Source: Paecilomyces variotii (lineage: Eukaryota). Taken from it: a stretch of 64,000 nucleotides of DNA. Both the position numbers and the translations under genes were made by a program. Each line of letters opens with the position of its first letter. The stretch's first letter is position 1. Under the pieces are notes generated by a model, which was not told the DNA's origin, made no database searches, and saw nothing but the letters and a program-made list of their open reading frames with translations. This document shows positions 11,436-27,000 of the stretch, piece after piece. Where the stretch lies: the NCBI GenBank assembly GCA_004022145.1, contig RCNU01000006.1; one strand, written 5' to 3'.

Positions 11436-14400
11436 ATGGGCCTTCCCGATCTCCCTGTGAAGTTGCCTCACAAGGCCCTTCGCAGCCGGCTATTACTTCC
11501 ATACCTGCTATTGATAGCAGTGGCTTTTCTGTACTGGAGAGCATTGGGAACGCATAGAATAATCGACCTCATTACCTCCGGCTCACAATTATCGCAGGTT
11601 GATTGGAATCTCCTGGACGCGGGTCTAACCAGATGTGCAGTGTTGAGAGCACCTCCTCCACAGTATACATTTCCTGTGTCAGCGGATCGCGAGAATCCTC
11701 GCTGGAGCTCTCTCAGTGGACAATCAAAGCCAGTGCTTCTTCGAAATGCGACATTGTTTGATGGAGATTCGTTTCAAGAATCAGTTGACATCCTCTTCGA
11801 AAGAGGTGTGGTCCGCAAAATCACCAGTACTGCTTCTGCACAGCATATCGAAGGCGCAATCGTGCAGGAGCTGAACGGGCTCATTGTGACTCCCGGACTT
11901 GTCGATATGCACTCCCATCATCTCGTTGGGAGCTGGCCGAGCTTTCAAGCAACTGACGATATCAATGAAATACATCCCTCCACCGGGCCCCTGACACCTT
12001 TTGTTCGGGCCTTGGACTCCATAAAGGCCTACGATCCCGCCACTACTGTCATTGCATCTGGAGGGGTGACGTCGTCACTGATTCTTCCCGGATCAGCGAA
12101 TATCATGGGCGGAGAAGCTGTGATTGTCAAGAACTTTCTGAAAGCCGGTGACCATGGAGAAGAGAATGTGGAAGAGTTGCTTTTGGAGCATGGCGTCCCC
12201 AAAGACAGAAGACGAAGATATATGAAAATGGCTTGTGGCGAGAATCCTAGACGAGTATATGGCCATACCCGCATGGGAAATGCATGGATTCTCCGAGAGC
12301 ACCTGGCGCGCGCCAAGGATCTGCGGGATAGACAAGACACCTGGTGTCTCTCTGCCGCTGCGGCCAAAGAGAGTGGTGATTTAGCTGCTATATCATCTCT
12401 TGTGGGGCCCGGCCCTGATGGACATCGAGGCCTCCCAGAAGAATTGGAATTGGACTCTACTGTGGGAATCTTGAGGGGCCAAGTTGGAGTTAACATACAT
12501 TGTTATGAGCCCGAGGATATGGAAGACATGATCTTGCATAGCGAGGAGTTTGGATTCCGGATTCAGGCATTCCATCATTCGCTAAGTTCATGGAAAGTAC
12601 CGGAGCTGATCAAGGCTAGTGGACAGTATGTGGAATCAACACTGCTTTTCAAAAAGAAGACGCTTTTTAACAAATATCACAGAAATATAACCATCGCGAC
12701 ATTTGCAGACTTCGGATTGTACAAAGTCGAGGGTTACGAATCTAACTTACAAGCTGGCAAGATACTTCACGAGCATGGCATACCCGTGGCATACAAATCA
12801 GTAAGATTATAGCGCTATCTTCTATCTTCAGCACTGAGATACTGACTGAAGAAAAGGACCATGTTGGAGAAGGCACGAATGCCAAATACCTATTGTACGT
12901 GTGTGCATCTATGCTCTACTGAATTCCTATGCTGATATATATCTGCAGATCTCAAGCCGCCACTGCACACTCGTTCGGCCTCCCCGAGTTGGCTGCGCTA
13001 CGCTCTGTGACGAGTGTACCAGCAAAATCACTGGGCGTCGACCACCGCATCGGTCATGTCAGACCGGGCTATGATGCTGACCTTGTCATTTGGGACTCGC
13101 ATCCGCTCTCAGTGGGAGCCACTCCGTTGCAAGTGTACATTGACGGCAGACCAACTCTTTCTACGGAACGGCTTCAATCAGTAAATACTTATACTGGGAA
13201 GCCAAATATGCGCCTCGACCCCCCAAAAGGAGTTGACCAGCTCTGCTCGCGAATCAAGAACTCGCAAAACGTGCTGATCACAGGAATCAGCAAGTCATAT
13301 TTAGACTTACCACACCCAAAAGCCCCATCGGGCGAAGGTCTTGCCATTGCTATTAATTCCGGAAAGATAACTTGTCTAGGTAAGTACGATGAATGTATCT
13401 CTACCACGACCCCGAGCAGCAACGTCATTGCTCTTCAAGACGGACATGTGCTTCCAGGTCTGACGGCTTTCTCCACTACCCTGGGTCTTGTTGAGATACC
13501 ATCCGAGAAGAGCACCAGCGACGGACCTGTGAGTCCAAAGCTGGATCCGCTGAACCCTGAGAACGTCGTTTATGCCAAATATGGTGTCCATCCTGAGGGC
13601 AGGGCTTTCGATCGAGCACGCATTGGCGGAGTGACAAGAGCAGTTACAGCACCGATCCCCGACGGGTTTCTGAGTGGAGTGAGCGTGGGTATCAAAACCG
13701 GTCAAAATAGGAGTATTCTGGATGGCGGAATCTTTCAAGATGACGTAGCGCTGCATTTCGTGGTCAGTCAAGAATCGAAAGGTATCCACAATTCAAATCT
13801 GACTACCTTTCCTTGGAAGTTGAGGCTTACAGTAATATTCACGACAGGATCTGAAGACACACCCACCGTATCGACTGCAATCGCGCAACTTCGCAAGATC
13901 CTATTCGAAAACAAAGGGAAAGATACCATCTACGGAAAAGCCGCAAATGGTGAAATTCCCGTTGTTATACACAGCCAGAACAAGGTACTGTACATACCAT
14001 ATCCCAGCCCCTATTAAGTATACAACCTTAAACTAAATCTCTCCTACTAGCATGACATATTACAGCTCGTGAAGCTGAAGAGAGACCATGGAGCAGTCAA
14101 GATAGTGATTTACGGAGCAAGCGAGGCTCCATCTGTAAAGATCCATAGCATTCACTACCAATAATAGTCAAAACACACTGACACAACACATGAACAGGTC
14201 GCAAAAGAACTCGCTGCGGCCGACATCCCGCTCATATTCACCGCCGCACACGGAGCGCCTGATACATGGGAGAAGAAGGACACATTGACTGGACCTCCAC
14301 TCACAGAGTCTCCAATCAAAGTCCTCTCAGAAGCAAACGTGACTTTCGGTCTTGCTTTTCCTCCTGAAAGTATGTACAGTACATATATTCCCCCCATACT

Positions 14401-14682
14401 CTGTTTTTCGGTCAATTAACTTCCGAACTAATGTTTGTATCAGGCGACTGGCACCTTCACAGTCTCGGAATCGAAGCATCATGGGCCGCTAAAGATGCTG
14501 GACTCTCCTCCCAAACTGCTGTGAATCTGGTATCGCGGAATATCGAACACATTCTCGACATCCCCGTCTCGAGAGACTTTGTCATTTACGAGGGTAATCC
14601 GCTTGAATACGGAGCTAATGTGGTGTTGTCGGTGGATGGGGATGATGGGAGTATTACTACTTGTTGGCCTGAGGCGCAGTGA
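11436..14682 (+). CDS. Two-domain metal-dependent amidohydrolase (CE9/imidazolonepropionase-like) with N-terminal membrane anchor, multi-exon
   Basis: VTPGLVDMHSH, ILPGSANIMGGE, MKMACGENP, NIHCYE, GYDADLVIWDSHPL. Several GT-AG introns between 12.6 and 14.45 kb. An alternative in-frame ATG lies at 11325. Confidence 0.88.
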
Positions 14683-15770
14683 GAGGGGACGAGAGTCGTC
14701 GAATAATGAGAGAAATGCACCAAAATCATAAGAGATGGATTATCTTGCATATATTATATGAGCGTTGGCCGTCTGTTTAGATTGCTATATCTTTACTTAT
14801 ACCAGACAGTACGGACTCACGGAGGAGATCAAAGTAGATATCCCTAACTGGTTAAGCAGAGTAGAGGGAGTCAGTAGTAGGCTAAAACAACTAACTACCT
14901 AGGTAGTTAAACTTGGAGTTCTAACTCAAAAAACTCAGGTGCGCTCTATCTAACTAATACACGGATAGAGTAGTTATCTACAGAGTATAAACTCACTAGT
15001 TAGCCATGCCACTAACTACTACATACAGTAGTTAGGTATGTAACTGTACTTAAATAAAAAACTAACGAATCTAAAATTAGATTTTATCTATCTAGTAAGC
15101 TAGATTCTGCTAGCTTATCCACGCACGGACTAAGTATACCATAAATAAGCCTTTAATATACGTACATAGAAACTTGAAACAAAAAATCTAAGTAACAAAC
15201 GCTCGAGATTTAGCGGTGCAACGACGACAGAAAAAAAGAAAGAAAGAAAAAGGGCCCCAAACCGCAAGATTTATATATAAGGTTTTTACTATTCCTTTCA
15301 AGTAATAATAATTTAAAGGAGCCGGGGGGAGTAGTATATACTCTACACTAGAATTACTAGGTTAGTAGGTTGGGGCTTAACTAACATTGAACGATAAACA
15401 ATTACCTAAATAATCGAATTAATCGAATCGCTAAAACTAGAGTCCTCGATAACTAACTATACCCTAGTTAAACGATGCATAAATAATATTCTTATAGCTT
15501 CGTCTCTTTCTTAACCGGCTATGTTATACTCTACATATTATAATAATATTCTGATTCTGCTAAATCGGGCAAAGAAAAAAGCGACCTAGTTAATTAGTTT
15601 ACTACTGTAGCCAAAAATAAGAACTAAGATATCTTAAACTGTTTAAGGGCTAAATCCAAATCTAGTCTAAATCTAATGCATATTGAATAATCTATACAAT
15701 ACTTATCTTCTTATACAGGATAAGAATAGGCCCATTTATAGAATACTAGCTAGTTTAGAATTTTTCTTAA

Positions 15771-16139
15771 TGTAAAGAGCTAGGGTAAGAAAGCTCTTTA
15801 TCGGAGGTAACTAGTCGAATTAGTTAAACAGAATATGAGATAAGAGGTAGAGACACAGGCAAGTAGCCGTCTATATATAGTAGAGTTAAAGGTTAGGTTT
15901 AGTAGTAATTAGAATAAATTACTAATCCCTAACTTCTATTCTTTTAGGGATTATTTATCTGTCTATCTGTTTTATTAAGTTATTTAAATAACCTAGTCTT
16001 AATAGTTCTATCTATAACTAGCTGATTTAACTATTATATATAGATTTAATTATCTTATTATCCTTTATTATTTATCCTAAGTTATTTATTCTAGGTCTTA
16101 GCAGGTCTAGATTAAGTATTATAGCCCTAGTTTATAATA
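15771..16139 (-). repeat. Gypsy A 3' LTR
   Basis: Direct repeat of 30380-30748, differing mostly by C>T/G>A. Confidence 0.93.
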
Positions 16140-16978
16140 ATATCCCCCCTTATTAAAAGGCTTATCTTAAGCTATATAAAGTTTATTATATAGGTTTAAA
16201 TATTTAGGTATAGCTATAATAACAGTAATAAGTTACTGTTAAGATATACTTATTATATAAATTTATCTAATATTAGCTTTATTTTAATATTTTTATTTAA
16301 GAGATTAAGAGTATTTCTATTTTTTAATAATTAACTTCTATCCTCCTATCTATATATTAAGTTATTCTTTTCCTATTTCTATAGCTTATTTAATATTATT
16401 TTTAATAGTTTAAATATAGAAATAGCTAATAGTTATACAGATATATTAAAAATAGGATTTTTAAATTATTTTCTTTATAGGTCCTATATATATGCTTAAT
16501 ATAAGTTATAATCCTTTAGATTTATATAATAGTGCTAATTAATATAATAATACCTCTTAAGCGCTTTAAGTATATTTTATTTATTTTAGGCTCTTTTAAT
16601 AAGGCCTTTATAGCTAGCCCTAAGCTATTATAGCTATTAATTAAAGATTATCTGTTTAATTATTAGCTTAATATAGATAATAAGTAGCTTAATAAGCTAT
16701 CTCCTTCTTCTATATCTCTAATTATTAATATAATATTAGAATTAATAATTCTTTTTTTATAGATTATTCTATTTACTGCTATTAATAATAGTAATAAAAT
16801 ATCTTTATTAAGATTATCTATAGAAGACCCCCTAATAGAGAAATATTTCCTACTTAAAATATATAGGGATTAATTTATATTTAGCAATATAATTTCTCTT
16901 ATATATAAGGAGGTATAGGCTAGTCTATTATATTCTCTTTAAAGATTAAAATATAATTATAATAATACTATTCTTATT

Positions 16979-17855
16979 ATGCCTATAGTAAAAGAAATTT
17001 TTATTTAATTAGCTAAGAAATTATAAAGAAGGTTAAAAGTAAAAAAGGTCCCTAGCATAAAGATTTAAAGAACTTAAGATATTATTATAACTCCTATTCT
17101 TAAAGTTAAGATTATTATTAAAATACCTCCTCTATAGATTAATCTAGCTTTTATTAAGATAATAATATTAATTATTATTACTAATATTAATTATTATTAC
17201 TAATATTAATATAATAATAGATTATCTTATTACTTTTAAGATAGACCTTATTATAGATTTTTTTAGCCTAAAGGGTTTAATTAAAGATTTTTCTCCTATT
17301 CTATAGGAGATATATCTTTATTATTTAAAGGCCCTAGTGCAGAATCTAAAGTAATAATATATTTATCCTTATATTAATATAAAATATCTCTATTATAAGG
17401 GCCTTTATAAGCTATATATTCTTATACTATTAATATATAAGGCTAAATTAACTTATATTTAGAGTCTTAGCTAAGAGGCTTATCTCTTAAATAATTTAGA
17501 GTCTTTTAATAAAGCTATAAATACATATATTTCCTCTATAAAGATATATATATAGAAATCTATATTTAAGACTATTAAATATTAGCTTAATACTACTGCT
17601 ATTCTATTAATCTTATTATACTTTAAATTAAAATTATTATATCTTCTTTAAAAATTATATTAAATAATCTATTTATTAAACTGTAATATCTTATATATAG
17701 TAAATATATTTGCCTAGTTATAGGGACTGCCTCTATTCTCTAATAAGGAGGAGAAAGATATTATTAAGGGGTTTTATAGTAATAAAATAGCTAAATAGAA
17801 TAATTTTATAGGCCTATATTTAGATTATTAGCTAGGGCTAGCTTAGTTAAATTAA
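16979..17855 (+). pseudogene. Antisense accessory gene of Gypsy A (Cys6 Zn-cluster-like), RIP'd
   Basis: Intact ATG at 16979; a 19-bp tandem duplication at 17171-17208 shifts the frame. Six TAT codons at Cx2Cx11Cx8Cx2Cx6C spacing (17313-17417). Codon-level alignment with the family B ORF. Confidence 0.7.
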
Positions 17856-20800
17856 ATTATTCTTATTAGGATTTCTTTCTTCTATATTTTTTTTAAAACT
17901 CTTAAATTTTATAAAAAAATTAGAGAAAGAGTAATATATATAATAATATATTTAATAATAGTTAAAAAACCTAATAAGAAAAAAAATATTATTACCTATT
18001 TATCTTACTTTACTTTTTAATTCTTAGCTCTTCTTTACCTTACCTTTATTTAAATAGTTTACCTATATTAAAAGCCTTACTAAGGTTTTTATTATAATAC
18101 TCTTTTAAAGCTTTAATTATATATTTAAAATCTTTTAATATTTACTATAAGTTTTTATATAAAAGATATCTTTTTTATTTTATTAAAAACTATTTCTTCC
18201 TATAAAAGGTCTATTTATTAAGGATTTCTTCTATCTTTTATTTCTGTTCTCTATTAATAAAAACTAGATTTAGCTATTTAGGTTTTATCTTTTCTTATTA
18301 ATTATAAAGTTCTAGTAGAGATATATAGAATACTAGATATATTCTATTTAGGCTCTTCAATAATTATAATTAGTATACTTACTTTTTAATTATCTCTATT
18401 ACTTTATAAGGTCTAGAAAATTAGTAGTTTAACTTCTTATTTAATTAATTAATTTATAAATTCTTTATTAATAGAAGAACTTAATCCCTTATCTTATATA
18501 ATTTAAGTATATATTTCTTATTATAGTACTTTATTTATACCTTAATAATATATTATAAGTACTTCTCTAACTTTACCCTAATATTTAATAATTTTTTAAG
18601 TTATTTTTTAATAGCAAGAATATTTAATCTTATTCTTATATTATATTTATCCTAATTATTAGGATTAAAGCTATAAAGGGCCTTAAATAGTAAGTATCTA
18701 ATAGTAAAATACTTTATATTATTATAGATATACTTTGCTGCATTTAATAATAATACCTAGTTATCTTAATAATAATTTATATATACCCTTAAGTAATACT
18801 TTAAGGTCTAATTCTAGTGCTCTATCTGCTTATTTATCTGTAGATAAAAAGTAGTACTTATTAATTAGGTAATTTATATATATTAATAAAGCTTAGTCTA
18901 GTATTTACTAGTAAATACTAATCCTTAATTAGAAATAATTAATTTTAAGGGATTAAACTAGTAATATATTCTTTTTATTATTAGGTTAGCTAAGTCTTCT
19001 GCTATAATTATTTCTTAGATTAAAATATATAAAGCTATCTTAGAGTATTAGTCTATAACTATTAGGATTATATTATATTTAACTTCTTATTAAGTTAATA
19101 ATAGCAGGCTAATAATAAAATCTATTAATATATTCTGCTAGAGTCTTTCTGCTATAAGTAGTAAGCTTAACTGCTTATATAGCTTATATTTAAAAACTCT
19201 ATTCTTTTTATAGATATTATAGGTCTTTATATATTCTTATATATTATTCTATATACTTAGCTAATAAAACTTTTATTTAAATAGTTTTTCTATAGTTTTA
19301 ACTCTTTAATAGCTAGTATATAAATTATTATAATAAATTTATAATAATTCTTATTTTAGTAAATATTTATCTAGGATATAAATCTAATTCTATCTCTATA
19401 ATAGACTCTTATTATCTATAATCTATTTAGAGTTTTTAGCTTAATTAGTCTCTAAATTATTAATCTTTTTTAATATAAAGATATCTCTCTACTAAAGCTA
19501 TTTAAGTAATTCTAGAAGATTAAGCTTTAGAGAATTCTAAATTATCTCCCTATTAATAATCTTTAATATTAATAGTTTTAGCAGTAAGTATTTATAATTA
19601 CCTATATTATCTTTTTTATTTAAAATATATAATTTTAGTTTCTTTTATAGGGTAAGTAGTAGTCTAATCTCTTACTCCTTTTCTAAGAGTTTATAATCTA
19701 GTTTTTAAGATAGTATATTAGCTATATTTAAATAACCTAGCTTATATTTAATATGAAAGTTATAGCCTGTTAATAATTTTGCCTATCTTACCTGCTTATT
19801 ATTTAAAGTCTTTATTATAAAGAAGTAGTATAGGTTTATATAGTTAGTCTATACCTAAGCAAGATATTTACTATTATCTAAATAATATCTCTAGTATTTA
19901 AAAGCTTTAACTATTGCTAATAGTTTCTAGTTATATACTTTATATTAATATTTAATTTTAGTAAATTTCTTTAAGAAGTATATAACTAAGTACTATTATC
20001 TTATTGCCTTATTTATAAGCTATAATAGAATAATAGCTAAAATAAATCTTAAGGTATTTATAGCTATTATAATTAGCTTCTTTAAATTATAATATTATAA
20101 TATTAGTAATTTAATAAATATAGTTTTTAAATCTTTAAATACTTTCTATATTTTAAGTATTTATTTTAATAGGCCTATTTTCTTGCTATTTTTACTATCC
20201 TTAAGTAAGTCTATTAATAATATTATAATAGAGGAGTAATTATAAATAAATCTCCTAAAAAAACTTATAAATCTTAAAAAGACTTAAATATTATAAAAGG
20301 TCTTTAGTATAGGCTAATTATAAATTATTTTAATCTTAAAGAAATTTATCTTAATCTTATTATATCTTATAATAAATCTAAAAAAAGAAACTTTCTTCTT
20401 ATAAAATTTATATTTGCTTAGCTTTATATATAAATTATACTTATAAAGTCTCTCTAGTATTTTAAAAATATATTATTTATATTCTTTCTTATCTATTAAG
20501 AAGATTAAGATATTATCTAAGTATATAATATAGCAGATATCTAATAAGCCTCTTAATACTATATTAATATAGGCTTAAAATATAGCTAAAGTATTATATA
20601 GTCTAAACAGCATAATAAAATATTTAAAATAGCTATATTTAATTCTAAATATTATCTTTTATTTATTTTCTTTTTATATATAAATTCTATAATAGGCTTC
20701 TTAGAGGTTAAGTTTTATAAAGAATCTTATATCTATTAATTAATTTAGTATCTTATCTATTTATAGCAGTAAATAATAATTCTTAATTATTTAGATATTT

Positions 20801-21076
20801 AATCCTTAATAATTAATATATAAGCGCAGTTTATTATCTTTTTTAAGAATAAAAATAATTAGTAATTTAGCTAAGCTAGTTAAAGCCTAGATTTAATCTT
20901 ATTATTATATATTTTCTAAATATCTTTATAATATATCTAGTTCTCTAATAGAATATAGGTATAAAGGCTCCTATAGCAGTAACTTACTATTAATTAAATT
21001 AATTATATAGGTCTTAGTATCTTCTGGTAAAAGTAATATTTTAGCTCCCTCTTCTAAGAAGATATCTTAGAATTAT

Positions 21077-24000
21077 TGTAAGGAATAGGGGTTCCTGGGG
21101 GTTGCTGACGAATTACTCCGCCAGCGATTATAGCGAGAGGGGTAGTAGCTTTGCGTACCTAGCTTAGAGAAGGGTCTACCGGCGAGATAAAGGGTTAATT
21201 ATTATAATAAAGGGTCTAACCAGTATAGAAAAGGGTCTATACTAAAGGGTTCTAATAGTAAAGAGTCTATATAAGTAAGGAAATAGTAGGATATATATTA
21301 TATTAGAATAAATTGCTGGCTTCTAATAAAATAGCGATTTAAAGCCTGTTTATATTCTAAATCTTAAGTATTTCCTAGCTTTATCTTATATAAATCCTAA
21401 AAGCGGGGAAAGCAGGGTTTAACTAATTACCTTAGTATTATATTTAGATTTAGGGCTTTACTATAGTCCTGCAAGCTTATACTCTAACAGGGGGCTAAGA
21501 GTATAACAGTATCCCCCCCCTTTTTAAAGGCTTATCCCTAAGCTGTTATAAAGTTATTATATTAAATATAGAGTATAGCTTTATAGAGATTTATAGTATA
21601 ATAAATAAAAAAGCTTCTTATTGCCTTTATAATAAAGGGTTAAGAAGTTATATAAGCTGGGAGTATTATTTATATAATATTATAAGATTAGAATTTTAAT
21701 CTCTAGTAACTATCTTCTTATCTTCTGCTATATATAGCTTCTAATCCTAAATATATTTAAATAAAGATTTAGACGCGTTTTTAAGGTTATAATAGTACTA
21801 ACAGTATAGCAGTTTATTAAACTTAAAAAATTAATTATTTTTTTATTAGTTTCTAGAGCTTCTTGCTTTAGGAGTAAGTTATTTTAACTAACTATATTAA
21901 TATAAGCTAATTTAATTTAGATAATACTGCCCTAAATTTGTTTTATATCTAAGTAATATAAGAAGACTCCTTAAATAAGTATTCTAGTGCGAGATTTTAT
22001 ATATTATATACTAATTTCTATAGTATTAATAGCCTAAGGATATTATCTCCCTCTCTAGGAAGCTATCCCCTCTTTCTGCCTTTAAGATAGAGGATATAGC
22101 TGTTATTATTATAATATAGCTAAATCTAGTTACTGCTATAATATTAGAAAATAATCCCCTAATTATTATTAAGATATTAAGGACTTTAGCTATTATTATA
22201 ACGCTAGAGAGACTGCCTTTTTAGATAAATATTATCCCTTTTATAGCTATTAATAGATTAATATCTTTATTTATCCTAGGTCCTATAGAGGATTTATTAG
22301 CTAAGATAAATATTATATTAGAATTAAGATATAGAAGGTTTATATCTTTATTAAATTAGTCTTTTTTTATAATTTTAGTTACTATATAAGCGGGTTTATT
22401 TAACTTAATAATAGCACTAAAAAGCCTGTCGAAGAGGAAGAGGACTTATTTTATTATTAAGCTAACTGCTATAGCTAAGCTAAGGATAATTCTTATTTAT
22501 ATTATAAAAAGGCCTTAGAGATAAAGCACAGGGCGTAAGGAGGTTATTAATATAAGGACCTAGATTAAACTGGCTATTATTAAAATACTAATTAAGACTG
22601 TTATTATTACTATTATTAATATAATAGTAGAGAATAGCTTTACTACCTCTTAGTTAAATAAGGAGTTTTCTTTAATACTTTAAAAAATATGTCTTTATTA
22701 TTTAAAGGGGCTAATTAAGAATCTAGCACTTTAGTACATCTATGTTAATATTAATATTAAATGCGACTATTATAATTATAAGTATAAGCCCTATATTCTA
22801 GTCTTATTAATTTATAAGGATAAGCTTATTTATCTATAAAGCCTTAGCTAAGAGGCCTATCTCTTAGGTAATTATAAGTCTTTTAAGAAGGCCTATAGTA
22901 AGTATAAATCCTTTATAAAGGTATATCTGCGCAAAGCGCCTACTAAGATAGATATAGATAAGCTTATATCTATTATTCTATTAACCCTGTCTTTATATAA
23001 GTAATTTATAATATAGCTCTAGTAGGAGTTGCTTAAGTTATTTTATTTAATAGTATTAGATCTGCAGCGCATATAAGAAATTATATATATTGCTTATAAT
23101 ATTCCTCCTTTTTTTAATAAAGAGGAGGATAAATCTGTGTTAATAGGATTCTATAACAGTGAAGTAGATAAATAAGGGGAATTAATCTTAAGCCTATATT
23201 TTTAGTTCTTGCCGGGAATAGCCCAGTTAAAATAAATTTATTTCCAGATAGACTAGCTTCTTATATCCTTATTAAAACTCCTAAACCTTTGTAAATAGGT
23301 AAATAGAGAAAAAATAATATAAATTTAATAATAAAATAATTAAATAAAACCTATAAACCTAGTAAGAAAAAAGGGAAATCTTATTAATTCTATTAACTCC
23401 TTTTTCTAGAGCTTTTTAAAGCCCTTCTTAGAGAGGTCTTATTAACAGCTTATATTATTGCCTTAAATTTAGCTAATATATCTTAGGTATACTTAAGGTC
23501 TTCTTTAGGCTGTTATAAATTTTTATAATCTAGATAATCCTTCTATTTAATTAAATATTGCTTCTTCCCCCGCATTATCTATTTATCTAGAATAGCTTTA
23601 ATTTCCTATTCTAGTTTATTATCTATTAAGATTAAGTTTAAATACTTAAGTTTAGCCCCTAGTCTTTAATAATAGGGCTCTAATAGAGAGATATAAAAGA
23701 TTAAATATATTCTGCCTAGGCTCTTTAGAAGCCTAAGCTAATAGGCTTAAGTTTTAATTCTTTCTATAACTTTATAAGGTCCTAAATATTTTATATCTAA
23801 TTTCTTAATTAATTAATCTGTCTTTAAATTCTTTATTAAAAGGCAGACTTAGTCTCCTACTATATAAGATCTAGGCTTATACTTTTTATTATAATACTTT
23901 TATTATGCAGTAATAGCCTTTTAAAAAAATTCTTCTAATTAGGTATATATTTTAATAAGCTTCTTTAATTAATTATTAACTGCCGGTATATCTATTTGCT

Positions 24001-27000
24001 TTTTAGAATTATATTTATCCTAACTCTTAGGATTAAATCTATAAATAATATAGAAGGAAGTTATACCTATAGAAGTATAAATTAAATTATTATATATAAA
24101 CTCCGCTATAGTTAATAAAGATACTTAATTATCTTACTTATAGTTTAAGTAGACCTAGAGATAATACTTTAGCATCTAGTTCTACCTTTTAGTCTGGCTA
24201 TTAATCTAAAGATAGAATATAATATTTAAAAGTCTAGTAATTTAAATATAATAGCAAAGTTCTATCCAATATTTATTAATAAATAGCGCCCCCCTATCTA
24301 ATATAATTAATTATAGAAATTTAAAGCAGTTATAGATATAATCTATAATAAGGTTAGCTATCTTATCTACCTTTAATATTTTATAGATAAAGATATAGAG
24401 TATTATCTTTAAATAACAGTCTATAATTACTAATATTAAATTATAGATAACTCCCTATTTTTTTAATAGCGGCAGTCCTATTATAAAATCTATTAAGATA
24501 TTTTATTATAGCTGCATTGGGATTAGTAGAGACTTTAGCTCTTTATATAGCCTATATTATAGAGTTTAATTTTTCTAATAAATATTATATATAGATATAT
24601 ATTTCTATATATCTTATACTATCTTAAGCTAGTTAAATCTTCTTTAAAACAGCTTTTTAGTCTTCTTAATACTTTAGTACTTTATATAAAGGTTATTATA
24701 ATATATTTAAAGGAGCTCTTATTTTATAGTAAGTATATCTAGTATAAATATAGTATTACCCTTCTATAATAATCCTTTGCTATTTATTTTTTATATTATT
24801 TTTAAGCTGTCTCTAGAAGTATATATTTTTAATTCCCTAATTTTTTCTAAAATAAAGGTATCTCTTACTTAAAGCTATTTTAATATAAAAAGTAGGCTAA
24901 GAGTTATAGTATTTTAAATAGACTCTTCCTTAATTACCCTAATAACTAGTATTCTTTGTATTAAATATTCTAGACTATTTATACCGCCTATTTTAATAGG
25001 TTTATACTCTAGACTGCTTTCCTATATATATTTATTCTAAGCTTTATATTAAAGCTTTTTCTAGAAGGTTAGAAGTAATCCTATCTAGGATTTAGATTTA
25101 GATAGTTTAAAATCTACTCTTCTAAACAGGGTATTTATAGTATTAAGCTGTCCCAGCTTATATTTAATTTAAAAATTATACGCTATTAATAGTTCTACCC
25201 ACTAAACTTATTTATTATTTAATATCTTTGCAGTAAAGAAATAGTATAAGTTTATATAATTATTCTATACCTATATAGAGTATTTACTACCTTCTAAATA
25301 ATAATACTAATATTTAAAAGCATTAATAATAGCCAGGAGTTCTTAGTTATAGACCTTATAGCGTGCCTCTATTTTAATAAACTTCTAGGCATAATATACT
25401 ATAGGATGCCAGTTCTTAAACACAGTTTATTAGTCTGTCTAGATTCTAATTCTTAGACCTATCTTTAACCTAGCGCCTGAAGCTGTCTTATTACTATCTC
25501 CCTAAAGGAGTATAATAGCAAGGGTAAATCCTAAGATATTAATTGCTAGTATTATTAGCTTCTTTAAATTAAAATGCCTTAGCATTAGCGGAGTTATAAA
25601 AGCTAATTTCAGCTTATTAAATACCTTTACGGCTTCTTTAATCTAGGTAAATATTCTAGTTTTCTTCCCCTAAATACTTCCTTTTAGCAGACTAGTTAGG
25701 GAAGCTGTCTTTATAGAGTAGTTATAGATAAACCTTCTGAAGAAACTAGTAAATCCTAGAAAGACTTAAACTTCTTTAAAGGATTTAAGCTCCGGCTAGT
25801 CTCTAATAGTTTCTATTTTACTAAGATTTATTTTTACTTTATCTTTTCTTATAAAAAAATTAAAGAATTTAATTCTCTCCTTATAAAATTTATATTTAGA
25901 TAACTTTATATATAATTTATACTTTTATAGCCTCTTTAGAACCTGCACTATATATCTCTTATACTCCTTAATAGAGTTAGAGAAAATTAAGATATTATCT
26001 AAATATATAATATAACAGATATTTAATAACCCCTATAATGCCCAATTAATATAGGCTTAAAAAATAATAGGCGCATTATATAGGCTAAATAATATTATTA
26101 AGTATTTGAAGTATCTGTAATAAGTTTAGAAGGCTATCTTCTATTTATCTCCTCAGCAGATTTAAATCTAATAATAAGTATCTCTAAGATTAAGCTTAAT
26201 AAAGATCTTAGAGCTAAATAATCAGTTAAGCATTTTATTTACCTTAGGTAAAGGATATCTATTTTTTATAGTAATACTATTTAAAGCTCTATAATTAATA
26301 TAAAGCCTTAGCATACTATTTACCTTTAGAATAAATAGAATAAGTGCCTTTATAGGATTAGTTAATAGTTATATCTAACCCTTCTATTATATATCTTTAA
26401 GATATTTATATAAAATATTTAATTCTTTAGCAGAGAGATTATAAAGTCTATCTTATAAAGGCGCTTTACTATCTAAGAGTTTAATCTTATGTTTACTTAT
26501 CTTAGCAGGCAATATGCTCATATTCTTCTTTAAGAAAACCTTAGTATACTTCTTATATTCTAGAGATAGGTCTTTAGGAGTAATAGGGTTAATTTAGTCC
26601 CCATAGAGTATATAAATTATCTCTTCTTTTATTATCTTAGAGAATTATTAAGCGCTTTTAATTTTTACCTGTAACTAATATAAAATATAATATCTCTAAG
26701 TTATCGACTCCTAATCTATAATAAGATTTACAATATATAGCTATAGTTTCTTAAAAATAATACTTAATCTAAGTATTAAAATAATATAAAAACATACCTT
26801 CGCCTTTTTTATTATTTTTTTAGAGTTAGTAATATAGATCTCTACTTTAAATAATCTATATTTCTGAATTTTATGCCTATTAATAGATTTAAAGTTTATA
26901 TGCTATTAGAAGTTTAAAGGAATTTTATAATATATAGCTATATCTAGGCTAATATAGCAGCGGGCTGATCTAGAATTAATAAAGGCCTTATCTTTAAATA

